Shown in pieces: positions 28,681 through 45,560 of a stretch of 64,000 bases of DNA. The stretch comes from the human T2T-CHM13v2.0 reference genome, Homo sapiens. The stretch is from assembly GCF_009914755.1 (NCBI RefSeq), contig NC_060930.1. The stretch is one strand, 5' to 3'. The notes beneath the pieces were generated by a model. It was not told the origin of the DNA. It was given only the letters and a program-made list of their open reading frames with translations, and did not search any database. The number at the start of each line of letters is the position of its first letter. Position 1 is the stretch's first letter. Made by a program: the position numbers and the translations under genes.

Positions 28681-30286
28681 GTCCATGTTGTTTTGCAATC
28701 AATACCCATTGATACCAAATAATTTAGCAGCTCTTACAGCACAGTGATATTTCTCCCACTGCTGTGGTTATAATGAGCAATCTCTTCAGGAGTACTATAC
28801 CCTTTCTCAACTGGGATCACCTCCATCAGTCCTTTACCTGCATCAAGCTTGCATATGCAAACTTATGTTGTGTTTGTTTGGCATGGTGTTTTAACACAAT
28901 ACATTCTCAATTTCTCTTGCTCTGCCATTTTCTGTGTTCTTACAGTCATCCCTGTTCACATATTTATGCTACAGTGTGGCCCTGGTAGGCATTTGTTTTT
29001 AACTACTCTTGTTGTAGAAAAAGGGCAAAGTTCTCTCACCACAACTTTTAACTCCTTTAACCAATTGAAGAAAAACCTACAGTTTTAGAAGTTCACGCTA
29101 ATGCAATATATCATGAAAGAGAAATAAAATATGCCACTGTTAGAAATGAAAAGATAAATATGGCATTCTTTGCAGAAGGTATCATCAGCTACCAATAAAA
29201 AACTATTTTAATTAAATAAATCCGTAGGTATCAATAAGATAGATTACTATATATCACATGGACTTGTAAAAAGCAATTGAGGATACCCAAAGAAAAATTA
29301 TTTTGCTCATAGAAAAATAAAACAAATATCAGTAAAACTTACATGAATAAGTTTTAGATAATTCTGTATTGCTGACTTCCTGATTGTATTCCACATATTT
29401 CTCATGGAAATTATGCCATATATTGTAAACATAAATCTTCTCATAGTATTTATTTAGAAAAGTCCAAATGCATTTTTTAAAAAGACTTTGAAGAATACTG
29501 ACCTAGATGAATATTTTTAAAATATATTAAATAACAATCCCATTGCTATTCTAATTGCAATTTTATCAAAACTAAAAATTAATATGTGAATAAATTAGAG
29601 CATAATGTATTTTCCCTTTGGAAATACTGGTTTCTATTTCAGATATTATTTTAGATTTATTTTCCCCAGGCATCAGACACAAAGAAATATAACTCCCAGA
29701 ACATTTCTTTCACAACTCGGTGGATTTATATGTGTTATTTTCTCTGTCATGACCTTCCTCCTCTTTTCCTAAAAATAGGATGCAGTTCATAGGGCATCCG
29801 TCCTATGAATTCTTTCTTTGCCAGTCTCAGGTAATAGATAATCCTACTCTGTGTTAACTAGTACATTGACATATATCCATTATAGTATTTGAATTTTAAT
29901 GTAATTATTTATTGACTAATTACTTATAATTATTTTCACCCCATACAAGACAGAAGCTAGACAAGCGCAACAGCTGTGGGTAATTTATATTTTTATTCCA
30001 ACACCTAAATGAATGCCTATCTTGCAAACAGACCATCAATAACCTTTGTTAAAGAAAGAAAAGTGTCTTGGTGGTCAAAGAATAGCCAAATAGTGAAATG
30101 GTTTGGGGTTCAACAGCCAACTGGTGTGTATTAGCTTTGTGACCCTGGTTAAGAAAGTTTCACCCAGGCTTTTAGTTTTTTTCTTTATAAAATGAACATA
30201 TTTCACTTCATACAATTATTATGAAAGTCAAAGTATATAATGCAATAAATATATCAGTATAGAATAAGTGGAGGTAGCCATTGTTT

Positions 30287-30640
30287 TGTCATAGTTCACT
30301 TTATGCTGCTATAACAAAATACCAGAGACTGGGTAATTTAAAACAAATTTATTTCTCACAGTTCTAGAAGCTGCGAAGTCCAAAATCAAGGCACTAGCAG
30401 GTTTGGTTGTCTGGTGAAGGCTGCTCTCTGCTTCCAAGATGGTGACTTGTTGCTGCATCCTCAGAGAGGAGAAATGCTGTGTTTTCACATGGTGAGTGGC
30501 AAAACAAAACAAAACAAAACCCCACAAGCCAACACCTTTTATAAGGGCTTTAAACCCATTTGTGTAGGCAGGTGCCCTCATGACTTAATCATCTCTTAAA
30601 AGTCCTCCCTCTTAATAGAGGATACATTCAAACCATAGCA
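30287..30640 (-). mobile_element. MST/MLT1A-type solo LTR (MSTC/MSTD-like) with internal (CAAAA)n
   Basis: GCTGCTATAACAAAATACCAGAGACTGGGTAATTT, GCTTCCAAGATGG, terminal ACATTCAAACCATAGCA. Confidence 0.85.
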
Positions 30641-32362
30641 ATAGTGATCCTCTACTGCAGACCTCCATAAACCTTTACTCCCTTATTATTTAATTGGACT
30701 GGGATTTCTAAGACCTTATCAGAAATACCAAACATCACTTACCAGTATCTCATGGAAGAAGTAAAGCATGTAATAAAATTTTAGAGAATGCAAAGCTCAG
30801 ACCTATTCCAAACCAATATGCCTGATCAAAATACTTTTCCAGGAATTATCTGAATTACAGGCTCTTAGGTTTACTACAATTAAATAACAATAACAATAAA
30901 ACTAACTGAGGAAAAGAGGTACAATTCATTTCAAACTTGTTTTGCAATTCTCTAGTACAGACAATTCAGGTGCAAAAAGCACAAAAGAGACACACGATCA
31001 TATCATAGACATGTTTCCTTGTGCATACATTGTGATCAGATGGACTCAAGCAGACAGTAACGCATATGACAGAATCTAAGGGAAACATGCTTGATATCCC
31101 TGTGATGGAGCCTTTGTGCTTATAGCTGTAGATGATTCTTTTTTCTTTTAATCTTTGCTTTTTTTATACTTCCCCATCTCCATCATATTACATATTTTTC
31201 CACAAGGACAATTAAAAATGTTTATGTTTGATACATTAGTAAACTAAGTACATTATTTAAATGTACACTGTAATTAACGGTTTATTTTAGTAAATTTGAT
31301 CATATAAACAAATATTCTTAAAAAGAAGAAATCAATGTTTGCTGTGCCTTCTATGAGCAGATTATTTTATTATTCCTAACCCTGGTGCTAAGAATCAGTC
31401 TTTCTAAGGTGTCCATTATTGATTAAATCACAGCCTTTCCTTCAAACACAGTTTTTTTCTCCCTATTTCTCTTGGAATGATGCATAAAGGAGTCCTTCTT
31501 TTTTCTTTCTCCAGTGTACCCTGAAGTAGAAATGCTGTTTCATATCTATTTCTCTTCTGTTACTTGAATTACCAAGCTGGTCTTCTTTAGAGTCCTCTTG
31601 GGTTTCACAGACTCTAGCATCTTGTTTCCATTTACAATTAGTGAAGTCTGGAAATGTTTACTTGCATTTTTCATACTAAATTTTTATTAAGTTAATTTAC
31701 CACATTACAGTTTTGGGAAAAGATACAAAGTTTATTGCATTTCATCTCTATCATTTTGGTAGACAGAGGGTATATCTGATAGTAATTAAAAATATATCTG
31801 CAGTAAAAAACAAAAGTTTAAGATTTACCTAAATTTCACATTGGCTAAGAAGCCAATTTTTGCTTTTTTATCCACTTAAGGCATGCTAAGTGCAAAGTTT
31901 CCATAATATGTGTATAATATACATTCTACTTCTGCTTTATCATAAATTCAAATAAGTTTTATTAAATAACTTATGAATGTAGACATAATGATAAGTTTGT
32001 AAATATGAGTAAAGAACAGAGGGCTGACCAACTCAAAAAGAAACCATAGACTTTGAGGAACAAAGACAGAGTAATTAAGAAAGACATATGGTTAGAATTA
32101 CAGTATGAAACAGATATGTTTATCTGTTTCCACATAAACAGATACATAATTGTACATGTGATTCCATTATACAGTTTGGAAGTCCTTAAGTCAGTAATAT
32201 GTGATTCTCTTTCAAAATTTAACTATATGATTAATTTACATTTGAAATACAAACTATGCAATAAACTATGTGTCAACATATGAATACTTTCAAACTATTG
32301 TCCTTCAACTTTAAAATAATTTTAACAGGTCATAAAGTATGATTCTTCTCTTTTCTACCCTT

Positions 32363-32458
32363 CCAACCACTTAAAAGTGTAAAAACCACTATTGGATAGT
32401 GGACACAAACAAGCCACAAGACAGATTTGGCCTGCTGGTGGTAATTTGCCAACCTCTG
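32363..32458 (+). mobile_element. MER58-like hAT-Charlie fragment
   Basis: CAACCACTTAAAAGTGTAAAAACCA...GATTTGGCCTG...TTTGCCAACCTCTG. Confidence 0.65.
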
Positions 32459-33134
32459 TTACAGGATACGGAAAAACCATAGGCTGGTAATGGATTGCAA
32501 GTATTTCTCAAGTGAGTACAAAGCAAGATTTTTTTTTAAATTGGTGCTAAGGAGGAAAAGGAGGATGGATTTTTTTACATACTAATTAAAAAGTAACACT
32601 AAGTAGTAAAAGCAATGATCTACTAACACCTGGTCAAAGAAATGTGTAAAAGATGCAGCAATGTCATTTAAGTGGGGGAAACTGAGCCTAGCTTGGTACA
32701 AAATAAGTAAAGTGCCGAATACAAATCTGATCACAGTTGATACTTTTTGGTTCTTGCTTCTCATTCTCATTTATAGTCAGGAGACCTAAACCCTAATTCT
32801 AGCTCTGGTAAATCCGGTTCAATAAACTTAAGCAAGTTAGTTTTCCACATCTACATATTAAGGTGATTATTTTAAACAAAGCTTGATTCTCCAAAATTAA
32901 ATTTTTAAGATTCTGGAAACAGGACATATGCAGAGCTAATATACCTTAAACTTCAGGACACCATAAAGTCACATAGCACTTCTATTCATGGCCAGTAGGC
33001 TACACTGTAACTTTTATGTATAGCTTACTGTTGAAAAGGCTAAAAAAGAAAAGTTTAGACTTACATCCTTACAGAGTGTGCTCTAAAGAACATAAAAAAC
33101 GATTAACATCACTGAAATCAAGTTCCTAGCAAGT

Positions 33135-33450
33135 TTCTCTACTCAAAAGCTTCCAATGACTCTCCATGGCCTCTGAGTCAAGGGCAAGTCCTTCGAAGCA
33201 AAACAAGTTTCTAAAGTGACCTGACTCAATTCCCTCCCTGTCTTAACCTCCTTCTCCTCTTTCTCCTCTCCCCTTCTTGCTCACTGCCATCTAGCCACAG
33301 TGACTCCTTGCAACCCATGGACAGGCATGCTTCCACCACAGGGCCTTTACCCTGGCTCTTCTAGTAGATACCTATTCAGAATATACCCTCGTCTTCTTCA
33401 CATCTTTGCTCAAAAATCAACTCAATGAAGCCCACTCAGACTACTCAATT
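33135..33450 (+). mobile_element. L2 LINE, part upstream of the L1PA3 insertion
   Basis: ACTCAAAAGCTTCCAATGACTC, CACAGGGCCTTT, CATCTTTGCTCAAA. Confidence 0.7.
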
Positions 33451-33908
33451 CCAACCTAGCAAGGCAGGCCAACATTCAGATTCAGGAAACACAGAGAATG
33501 CCACAAAGATACTCCTCGAGAAGAGCAACTCCAAGACACATAATTGTCAGATTCACCAAAGTTGAAATGAAGGAAAAAATGTTAAGGGCAGCCATAGAGA
33601 AAGGTTGGGTTATCCACAAAGGGAAGCCCATCAGACTAACAGCGGATCTCTTGGCAGAAACTCTACAAGCCAGAAGAGAGTGGGGGCCAATATTCAACAT
33701 TCTTAAAGAAAAGAATTTTCAACCCAGAATTTCATATTCAGCCAAACTAAGCTTCATAAGTGAAGGAGAAATAAAATACTTTACAGACAAGCAAATGCTG
33801 AGAGATTTTGTCACCACCAGGCCTGCCCTAAAAGAGCTCCTGAAGGAAGCCCTAAACATGGAAAGGAACAACCGGTACCAGCCACTGCAAAATCATGCCA
33901 AATTGTAA
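33451..33908 (+). pseudogene. L1 ORF1p C-terminal remnant (part of RRM plus CTD)
   Basis: MPQRYSSRRATPRHIIVRFTKVEMKEKMLRAA...ALNMERNNRYQPLQNHAKL*. Confidence 0.93.
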
Positions 33909-33971
33909 AGACCATCGAGGCTAGGAAGAAACTATATCAACTAACGAGCAAAATAACCAGCTAATATCATA

Positions 33972-37779
<3,808 letters not shown>

Positions 37780-38007
37780 ACAATGAGAACACACGGACAC
37801 AGGAAGGGGAACATCACAGTATGGGGACTGTTGTGGGGTGGGGGGAGGGGGGACGGATAGCTTTAGGAGATATAACTAATGCTAAATGACAAGTTAATGG
37901 GTGCAGCACACCAGCATGGCACATGTATACATATGTAACTAACCTGCACATTGTGCACATGTACCCTAAAACTTAAAGTATAATAATAAAATAAAATTTA
38001 AAAAAAA

Positions 38008-38275
38008 TTACAATATGTCCTTACCTCCCAGATTTCAACATACACACCCCACCCCCACCACACTGCTCTATCTTCTTTCCCATAACTGTACTACCATCTA
38101 GTCTTACTTATAATGTTAGCTGTTCATTGTTTGTAACCACCTTCCCCAACAGGAGAGCTTTTTCAGAGTCAAGACTTGTTTCTTTGACCCATTGTTACAT
38201 TTTAAGTACTGAAAATAGTGCCTGGCATGAAGAAGACACTTGAAAAATATTTCTTGAATAAACAAGTGAATGTTT
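38008..38275 (+). mobile_element. L2 LINE 3' end (continuation after the L1PA3 insertion)
   Basis: AATAGTGCCTGGCATGAAGAAGACACTTGAAAAATATTTCTTGAATAAACAAGTGAATG is a typical L2 terminus. Confidence 0.75.
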
Positions 38276-39230
38276 CCCCTAATGGAGGGTGGATATCACT
38301 ATTTCTATTTTTAATAAAGCCACAAAAATATAGCAATTTGTCCAACTGTAAAAAATTTCAGCATTTCTTTTAATACAATTCATTTTTCCCAAAATAATGT
38401 TTTTACTCATACATTATTTTAAATCTTAAAATCAGAAATTTTATTTTGTTTGCTCAAATGCTTAAACCAAAATGATAATTTTTCAATACTCTCTTTTAAA
38501 AAAAAATAATAGGTAAAAGTATGTATCACATTGGTGTGTTGGTAAATTTTGCATTGTACTTGTTATTTGCTTTAAAATTTAACATTTAAGAAGCTGAGAG
38601 AACTGTTAAGCACATGCATTAATATTATTAGTTACGATAATAATAATAATATTAATCACTAACATTTGATTTCACACTCTGATCCAATTTTTAAAAGTAC
38701 ATTAAAACTTCAGGCATATAGTATCTTCATTTTTAAAATAACATTAATTTATTTACATTATAAAAAGAGTCTTTTTGCCTTTTCAGAAGAAAGTAATTCT
38801 ATAAATGCACATCTACTTATCACATATACTAAATGAATATATGGTTTTAATTCATCTGAATATACACACTGTTTGAGTTTACTTTAGAGTTGGAGATCAT
38901 CATTGATCATATATTATTTGATAACTAGACTGCCTTTCTTCCAAGCTGGAAGGCTATATTACTTTACTCTTCCTTTTAGGATGAGGATATTATCTCAGGG
39001 ATTTATGTTCTGGATCTATATAAGCAAAAATAAAATGATTTATATTGTCTTGCCTGCTTTAGGTAGATTATTTTGTAGCACATTCAAAAATTGGCCTTCT
39101 GTTAAGAATAGCAGATAATACAGATAACTTTATCTTAAGTTCCCGAGACTAAATTACAAATAAAGAAACAAAAAAGCTAACCAAAGACAAACCAGAAGAA
39201 CACATCATTTTCATAAAAAGCCAGGAAACG

Positions 39231-39608
<378 letters not shown>

Positions 39609-39699
39609 TCAAAACATGCATTTGGAAGAAGTTAAAACCAGTCTTCTAGGCTAAAGTCAATAAATCTTTTAAATTTTAACTTCTTTGAGATTTCTGTAA

Positions 39700-40390
39700 G
39701 ATTTGTCAGTCTTACCTGTTCCTTTCTTGAAACATTCTCTTCCTTTAAATTTCCTGTTACTCAATATTGTGGTTTGTACTTAACTCGTTATATGTTGCTT
39801 CTCTGGCCCCTTTTGCAGGCTCAATTTTCTGGCTCTTCTATAGACTATCATAAATGTTGGTATTCATGAACCCTTTTCATACTCTGTTTATTCTTCCAGG
39901 GCAATACTAGCTTAGCTCCTTCTCACTTCTGTCAGTATCTTTATGCTAACGGCTCCTTAGTTAGGATCTTTCTCCTAACCCTTAAATATTCAAACTTTGA
40001 GCCAATGGCACATGGCTGGCCCACAGTCACCTAAACCAGCATCTTCAACCCCACAACTCACAGTGTACACATACACACACACACAAACACAAAACATACA
40101 CACTCATAATCTGCCTCCTCTCAAATAACTTATGTATCAAAAAATGGCATCACGATTCACTACGCTTGTACAATTAGAAAACCAGGCAACATGTCCGCCT
40201 TCCTTCCCTAAACTCACATGCCAATAACCTTCTACTCCTATCAGTTACATCTCCAAGGCATTTCTGAAATCAACTGACTTCACTCAATCTGCATCACCAG
40301 TATTTCAGGTTTTGCATCCCCATCTCTGACCTACAGTCGCTAAATCTGCAGGCTAACTCCAGTTCTGCCTATTGTCTCCCCATTCCTAAC
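39700..40390 (+). mobile_element. L2 LINE ORF2/3' region, degenerate, containing a (CA)n tract at about 40066-40102
   Basis: CTTCTTGAAACATTCTC-like start, AAATGGCATCACGATTCAC, pyrimidine-rich plus strand. Confidence 0.55.
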
Positions 40391-41121
40391 TACAGCTTCC
40401 AAAGCTGGTCGCCCTTTTTTGTTCCACTAAACTCTACCCCCTAGATTCACTGGGAAGTTTTCCTATGAATCCGTATTACTGGCATTGCATTAAGGAGCTG
40501 AGGTCTTTGTCAGTCTATGAGAAGCCCTTAGGGAGTGAAAGCGGCCCCATAGGTGAGAAGTAAGACAGAGAATAAACATTTGGAGATCATATCCGTTAGT
40601 GTATTACTCCTACTATATTTCTCATCAGTTCTCTTCCATGCTACTGCCTAGGTTATATTTGTAATAAAATGATTTCATATGGGTTGATGCTGTTCAATAT
40701 TAGTGCATGGTATTCTATTATAAATCATACATTCTCTAAGTAGATAGGACTCTTTGCTACCTCAATATCTTAAAATAATATCTGCTGTAGTTGATTACCT
40801 TAAGCTGGAAGACTTGTTAAAGCTGTGGAATGAAGATTCGTTGCTTAACTTTATTCCATTAAAATAAGTTGTTCAAGCACATTTCTGTTTTTAAAATGAA
40901 TTTTTTTTCTTTAAAACAATCTATTTTTACATAGAATTTAAAGAGCATACAATTTTCATAATGATTGCAGTTCCAAGGGCTGATTATTTCAATTACAACA
41001 CTCATTTAACAATTATTTGAAGTCTAGATACCTGTTGAAACAACAGAGTTTACCCTACGAAGACAAAAGCAACACTGCAGTCAGACTGAAACACAATCAT
41101 GGAAGATGGTTGTGTCACAGC

Positions 41122-41170
41122 CCCACGACTTATGCAATTTTGGAGCCCAGGACTTATGCAATTTTGGAGC
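41122..41170. repeat. 24-bp tandem duplication
   Basis: CCCACGACTTATGCAATTTTGGAG followed by CCCAGGACTTATGCAATTTTGGAG (23/24 identical). Confidence 0.95.
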
Positions 41171-43013
41171 ATTAACATTATTCTGAAATGTGCTCCATAT
41201 TTTGCCTGTGGTTTACCTAAAAAGACCAAGAGAGGCACAGTAGTGCCTTCTGCTCTTCACTGCTAAGCTGGGGTGACATAAGACCTCTTTCCACATAGTC
41301 TTGCCAAGCAAAACCTAAGTATACTAGTTAGAAGGAGAAACATAGCTTCTTTATGAGAGAAAGTATTTTAGAATAACTCACAAATTAACAAGTTTTCTTT
41401 AATTAATGTCACTACTGAAGGGGGTAGCATTTAACATCAGGGAGGCCCAACTTTAGCAACTATATTTTAGCTTAAATAAGTACCCATGTTTCATTATATC
41501 ATACAGAACAGGTAATTTCAATGGATGTAAAGGATAAAAATACACAAAACACCCCTTTGGTTGGACTTTAAGAGAAAAAGTTATTTGTAAAATGCATAAA
41601 ACATTTAAGTTTTTTTGAAAGTAGTTGAATGGAAAGGCTCACTAAGAACCCTTTCTGTGTGTGATATGTGCAAATCAAGTGGCTTCTTATGAGTCTCTAA
41701 AATCTGGTTGTTAGAGAAAATAATCATTAAAGCCCTTGAAATTAAAACATATATAACTCTACCAATTGCTAAGTTTAATAACGATGATTACCTGTTTAAA
41801 GAAATGCAACTTTGCACAAAGAAAAGCATCTCCAGATTTATTTGTTCAAGAGAATTCAGTAGAACGCTAAATTCCCAAGGAGTTCATTTTCACATACAAT
41901 CAGCACATGCTCCCTAGTCCAGCTAGGAAGACAGTTAACAAACTGATAAAACCTAGAAGAGAGAAGAAGACAAGAAACTATTTTTTTAATAAAACAAAAC
42001 TTGTGAGAAACAAGGCACTCTAACTCACCATGGCAGTTTAAGAAATGGATCATATACCACCGTGCTGCTCAAAAAGCAGTGGCAAATGGCAGTTCTCTGG
42101 CATGCCTATTTTGTTACTTCCATATTTCTTAAATAATTTTTTTTCTGAAGATAAAAATAGCTCTTTATTCTACTCAAGTATTCTTTTCTTGAATGCTATA
42201 AAGATGAGCTAAACAGTAAGTTTGAAAAAGAAGACAAGAAAGAGTCGATACTCTTTTTACTAGATTTTTGAAGAATTCCCGTTTCAAAGTCATCATTTTA
42301 TTGGCTTATCACTGTCATTTTAGTGCAGACTAATTAATATCTGAAATAAAGTTGACTAATAGAGGTGGCTTCAACCAGATTTTTCTCCTTCTTTTATTTT
42401 TCTTCTTTACATGAATCACCAAATAATACTGGATTATCCTTCTACATCTTTAGTAGCTTAGAGGATTTAAAGTTTCCTTTTTTCCACAAAGAGTCCATAA
42501 ACATATCAGGCTTGAATAGTTAGTCTAGGTACTTTCACTATGACTCGCCTTGTTTATATAAAACAGAAATGTAAGAAAACAAGTCTACTAGAATCTAAAT
42601 GTATTATTGCTATGGTAGCATTACTTTTCTCTGGCTGAGAAAGTCAAGAAACACACAAAAAGAAAAGAAATCAAGAAAACAAATAGAAATGAAACATTTA
42701 TAGTTAACATTTAAAAAACAAGTAATTTAGGAAAGAAAGGCTATCCATGCAGGTTGAAAATTGGATCTTCAGAAAAATACAGATTCTGTCAATTATTCTA
42801 AGTAAAACTCAAATGTTTCATTTTTGCCATAATAAAATTAATAGCATCCTTTAAACTTTAACTACACAAATGAATTGTTATTAAAAGAATTTCACCCAGA
42901 AGAACCCAAATACAATTTCATAGAATAAGACCAGTATCCTTCTACTAATCAATCCCTCAGTATTTATTAATTATGTGTTATATGCTAGCTATTATGATGG
43001 ATGCTATAGGGAA

Positions 43014-43316
43014 TGCATTAGTTTGTTCTAACACAGCTATGAAGAAATACGTGAGACTGGGTAATTTACAATCATGGCAGAAGGCAAAGGCGAAGCAGAT
43101 ATCTTCTTCACAGGGTGGCAGGACAGAGTGAAGGGGGAAGCCTCTTATAAAACCATCAGATCTCCTGAGAACTCACTCACTATCACAAGAACAGCGTGGG
43201 GGAAACCATCCCCATGATTCAGTTATCTTCACCTGTTCTGCCCTTGGCACATGGAGATTATGGGGATTACGATTCAAGATGAGAATTGGGTGGTGACACA
43301 GAGCCTAACCATACCA
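43014..43316 (-). mobile_element. THE1C/D-like solo LTR with an internal deletion
   Basis: TGCATTAGT...CTTATAAAACCATCAGATCTC..GAACTCACTCACTATCAC...CCTAACCATACCA; perfect 5-bp TSD GGGAA at 43009-43013 and 43317-43321. Confidence 0.9.
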
Positions 43317-43637
43317 GGGAATAAAGGAAAATATAAGAATCTGTACCTTTATTTCAACAAAAACATTCAAGAAGGTTATAGCTCAGTGAATCATGAATGC
43401 CAAAAGAATGATAGAATGGATTGGATTTCTATTTGCCAGTTAGTGGAGCAATGGATACAATGGAATGAGCTAATAAGTGAAAACAAAAATGCAAGATAAT
43501 TTAAAGAGAAACTAAGTTAGAAGACAGATGTTATAAAACAGAACTGGGGCTAGACAAGAAACAGAGAGAGCCTTAGGGACCAGCCACTTTACTATGACAA
43601 AGAGGAATTAATAATGTTACTTTCATTCGAGAGAATC

Positions 43638-43937
43638 GGCAAGGTATGGTGGCTCATGCATGTAACCCCAACATTTCAGGAGGTTGAAGCCAGAGTAGCT
43701 TGAGGCCAGGAGTTCAAGGCTAGCTTGGTCAACATAGGCAGACAGCATCTCTGAAAAAAAAAATTTAAAAATTAGCCGGGTGTGGTGGCATGTGCCTGTA
43801 GTCCCAGCCACTCGGGAGGCTGAGGCAGGGAGGATCACTTGAGCTCAGGAGTTAGAGACTGCAGTGAGCTATGACCACAGCACTGCATTCCAGCCTGGGC
43901 AACAGAGTGATATTTTGTCTCAAAAGAAAAAAAATTA
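43638..43937 (+). mobile_element. AluJ element
   Basis: J-type features (GCTTGAGGCCAGGAGTTCAAG, GGATCACTTGAGCTCAGGAG, GAGCTATGA); TSD AGAGAATC at 43630-43637 and 43938-43945. Confidence 0.92.
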
Positions 43938-44284
43938 AGAGAATCAAAATTTATACTTTAGAAAAATTAATACTAATATGGTGTCAGCTGCACATGATCT
44001 GTGTGGGGAAAACAGAAATTCAAGAGGTATACTTGAAACATTTCGGAGGTCTGAGGTTCAGGTCACATGGCATGAAATAGGGTGGTAGTAGGAATAAAAA
44101 CTATCAGATAAAAACTCATTTCAAAGGACATGTTTAAAGGATCTAGATGCCAGTTAGATGTAGGGGGAGTAAGAAAGTGTGAGAAACTGGTTCCATTTTA
44201 GATATAATTAGTTTAAGGTGATGTACATCAACATGGAAATTTCTAGCAGGCAGATAGAAGGCTCAGAGCTCAGAAGAAAAAAAA

Positions 44285-44345
44285 ATATATATATATATAT
44301 ATGGATATATACATACACACACACACACATAGACACACACATACA
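44285..44345. repeat. Compound (TA)n/(CA)n microsatellite
   Basis: atatatatatatatatat...acacacacacacac. Confidence 0.9.
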
Positions 44346-44419
44346 AGACAAACACAGAGAAACAAAGAAAAAAACACAGAAAAAAATGTATATGCATGAA
44401 TCCAGCACTAAGGAAGAGT

Positions 44420-45560
44420 ATCATAAATATCCTACTTTATGCTGTATATAAAATCAAACCCAAAGTCATCAAATATTTAAATTGGAAAGGCAAATCATAA
44501 AATTTTTAGAAGAAATATAGAATTAAATAACCTCAGTGCTGGGAAGAGCTTCTTAACAAAGTCATTCCTTTTTTATTTGTAAAGTAAAAAAAAAAAAAAT
44601 CAAAAAAAAATCAATATTAAAATTAAGGCTTTTTGTCCAAAGAACTATAAGAAACTGAAAAAATAAACCCAAGCCAAGACAAGCATGTATTATTGTCAAA
44701 TGATTACTATCTAGACCAGAAAAGAAGGCTTCCCAATTGATAAGAAACAGATAAACCAATAGATAACTGAGCAAAAGACACAAATGAAAACATGAAAGGG
44801 AAAGAAACACAAATATCAGATATTTGAAAACATGCTCAACCTCAATGGTAGTCAGAAAAATTCAAATTTGGACCACAATATTATCTTTACCTAATAGGAA
44901 AAATAATCTGAAAATGTGCAAATAAATACCAAGGGTTACTCAGCATATGCATCAATAGAAATGCATACTGCCAGCTGGAATGCCAATTGTTCAGTCATTT
45001 TGGTGAACAGCTTAGAGTCAACAAGTTGAATACATAAACCACATGACTTAGCAATATCACTACTTAGCAATATCATACACATGTACATGAATGCTCATAA
45101 CAACATTTTTAAAAATATTACCACTAGAAAACCAGAAAACAACCCAACTATCCATAGACAAATGACTGAATAATCAATTTCAGCTTATTCAAAAATAGAA
45201 TGCTATACAACACTGAAAAAAATGATTACCACTACATAAACCTGGATATTGACTGGGAAAAAAAAATCGAGTAGCCAAAAAATATACAAATCATGATACC
45301 ATTTATAAAACATTTGTTAACTGTATAAAACAAAATATTTGTTTAAAGTAAATTAAAGAAAAAAGAAACAAAATGATGAACAAAAAATTCAAAATACTAC
45401 ATTCCTTAGGATAGAAGGAAAGTGATTAATAGAGAGAAACTTTTAGGAAGTACTGGTAAGATTAAGTCGATTTCCATAAAACATACATATATTATTATTA
45501 TTTATATTTCCTGATTAGTCATGTATAAAATATTTCACCAAAAATAAATATTAATAAAAG
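44420..45560 (+). mobile_element. Ancient L1ME-type 3' ORF2/3'UTR fragment
   Basis: A-rich; AAAATTTTTAGAAGAAA, AAACATGCTCAACCTCA, AACAACCCAACTATCCAT, ATGATACCATTTATAAAA. Confidence 0.75.

Noticed and set aside
37834-37856. G-quadruplex-forming G-tracts (also 10328-10349)
   Set aside because: A standard feature of L1PA 3'UTRs, not specific to this locus.
41122-41170. Short direct repeats as a CRISPR-like array (also 24528-24555, 45048-45075, 58938-59102)
   Set aside because: Only two adjacent copies each, no unique spacers, and a eukaryotic intron context; these are simple tandem duplications.
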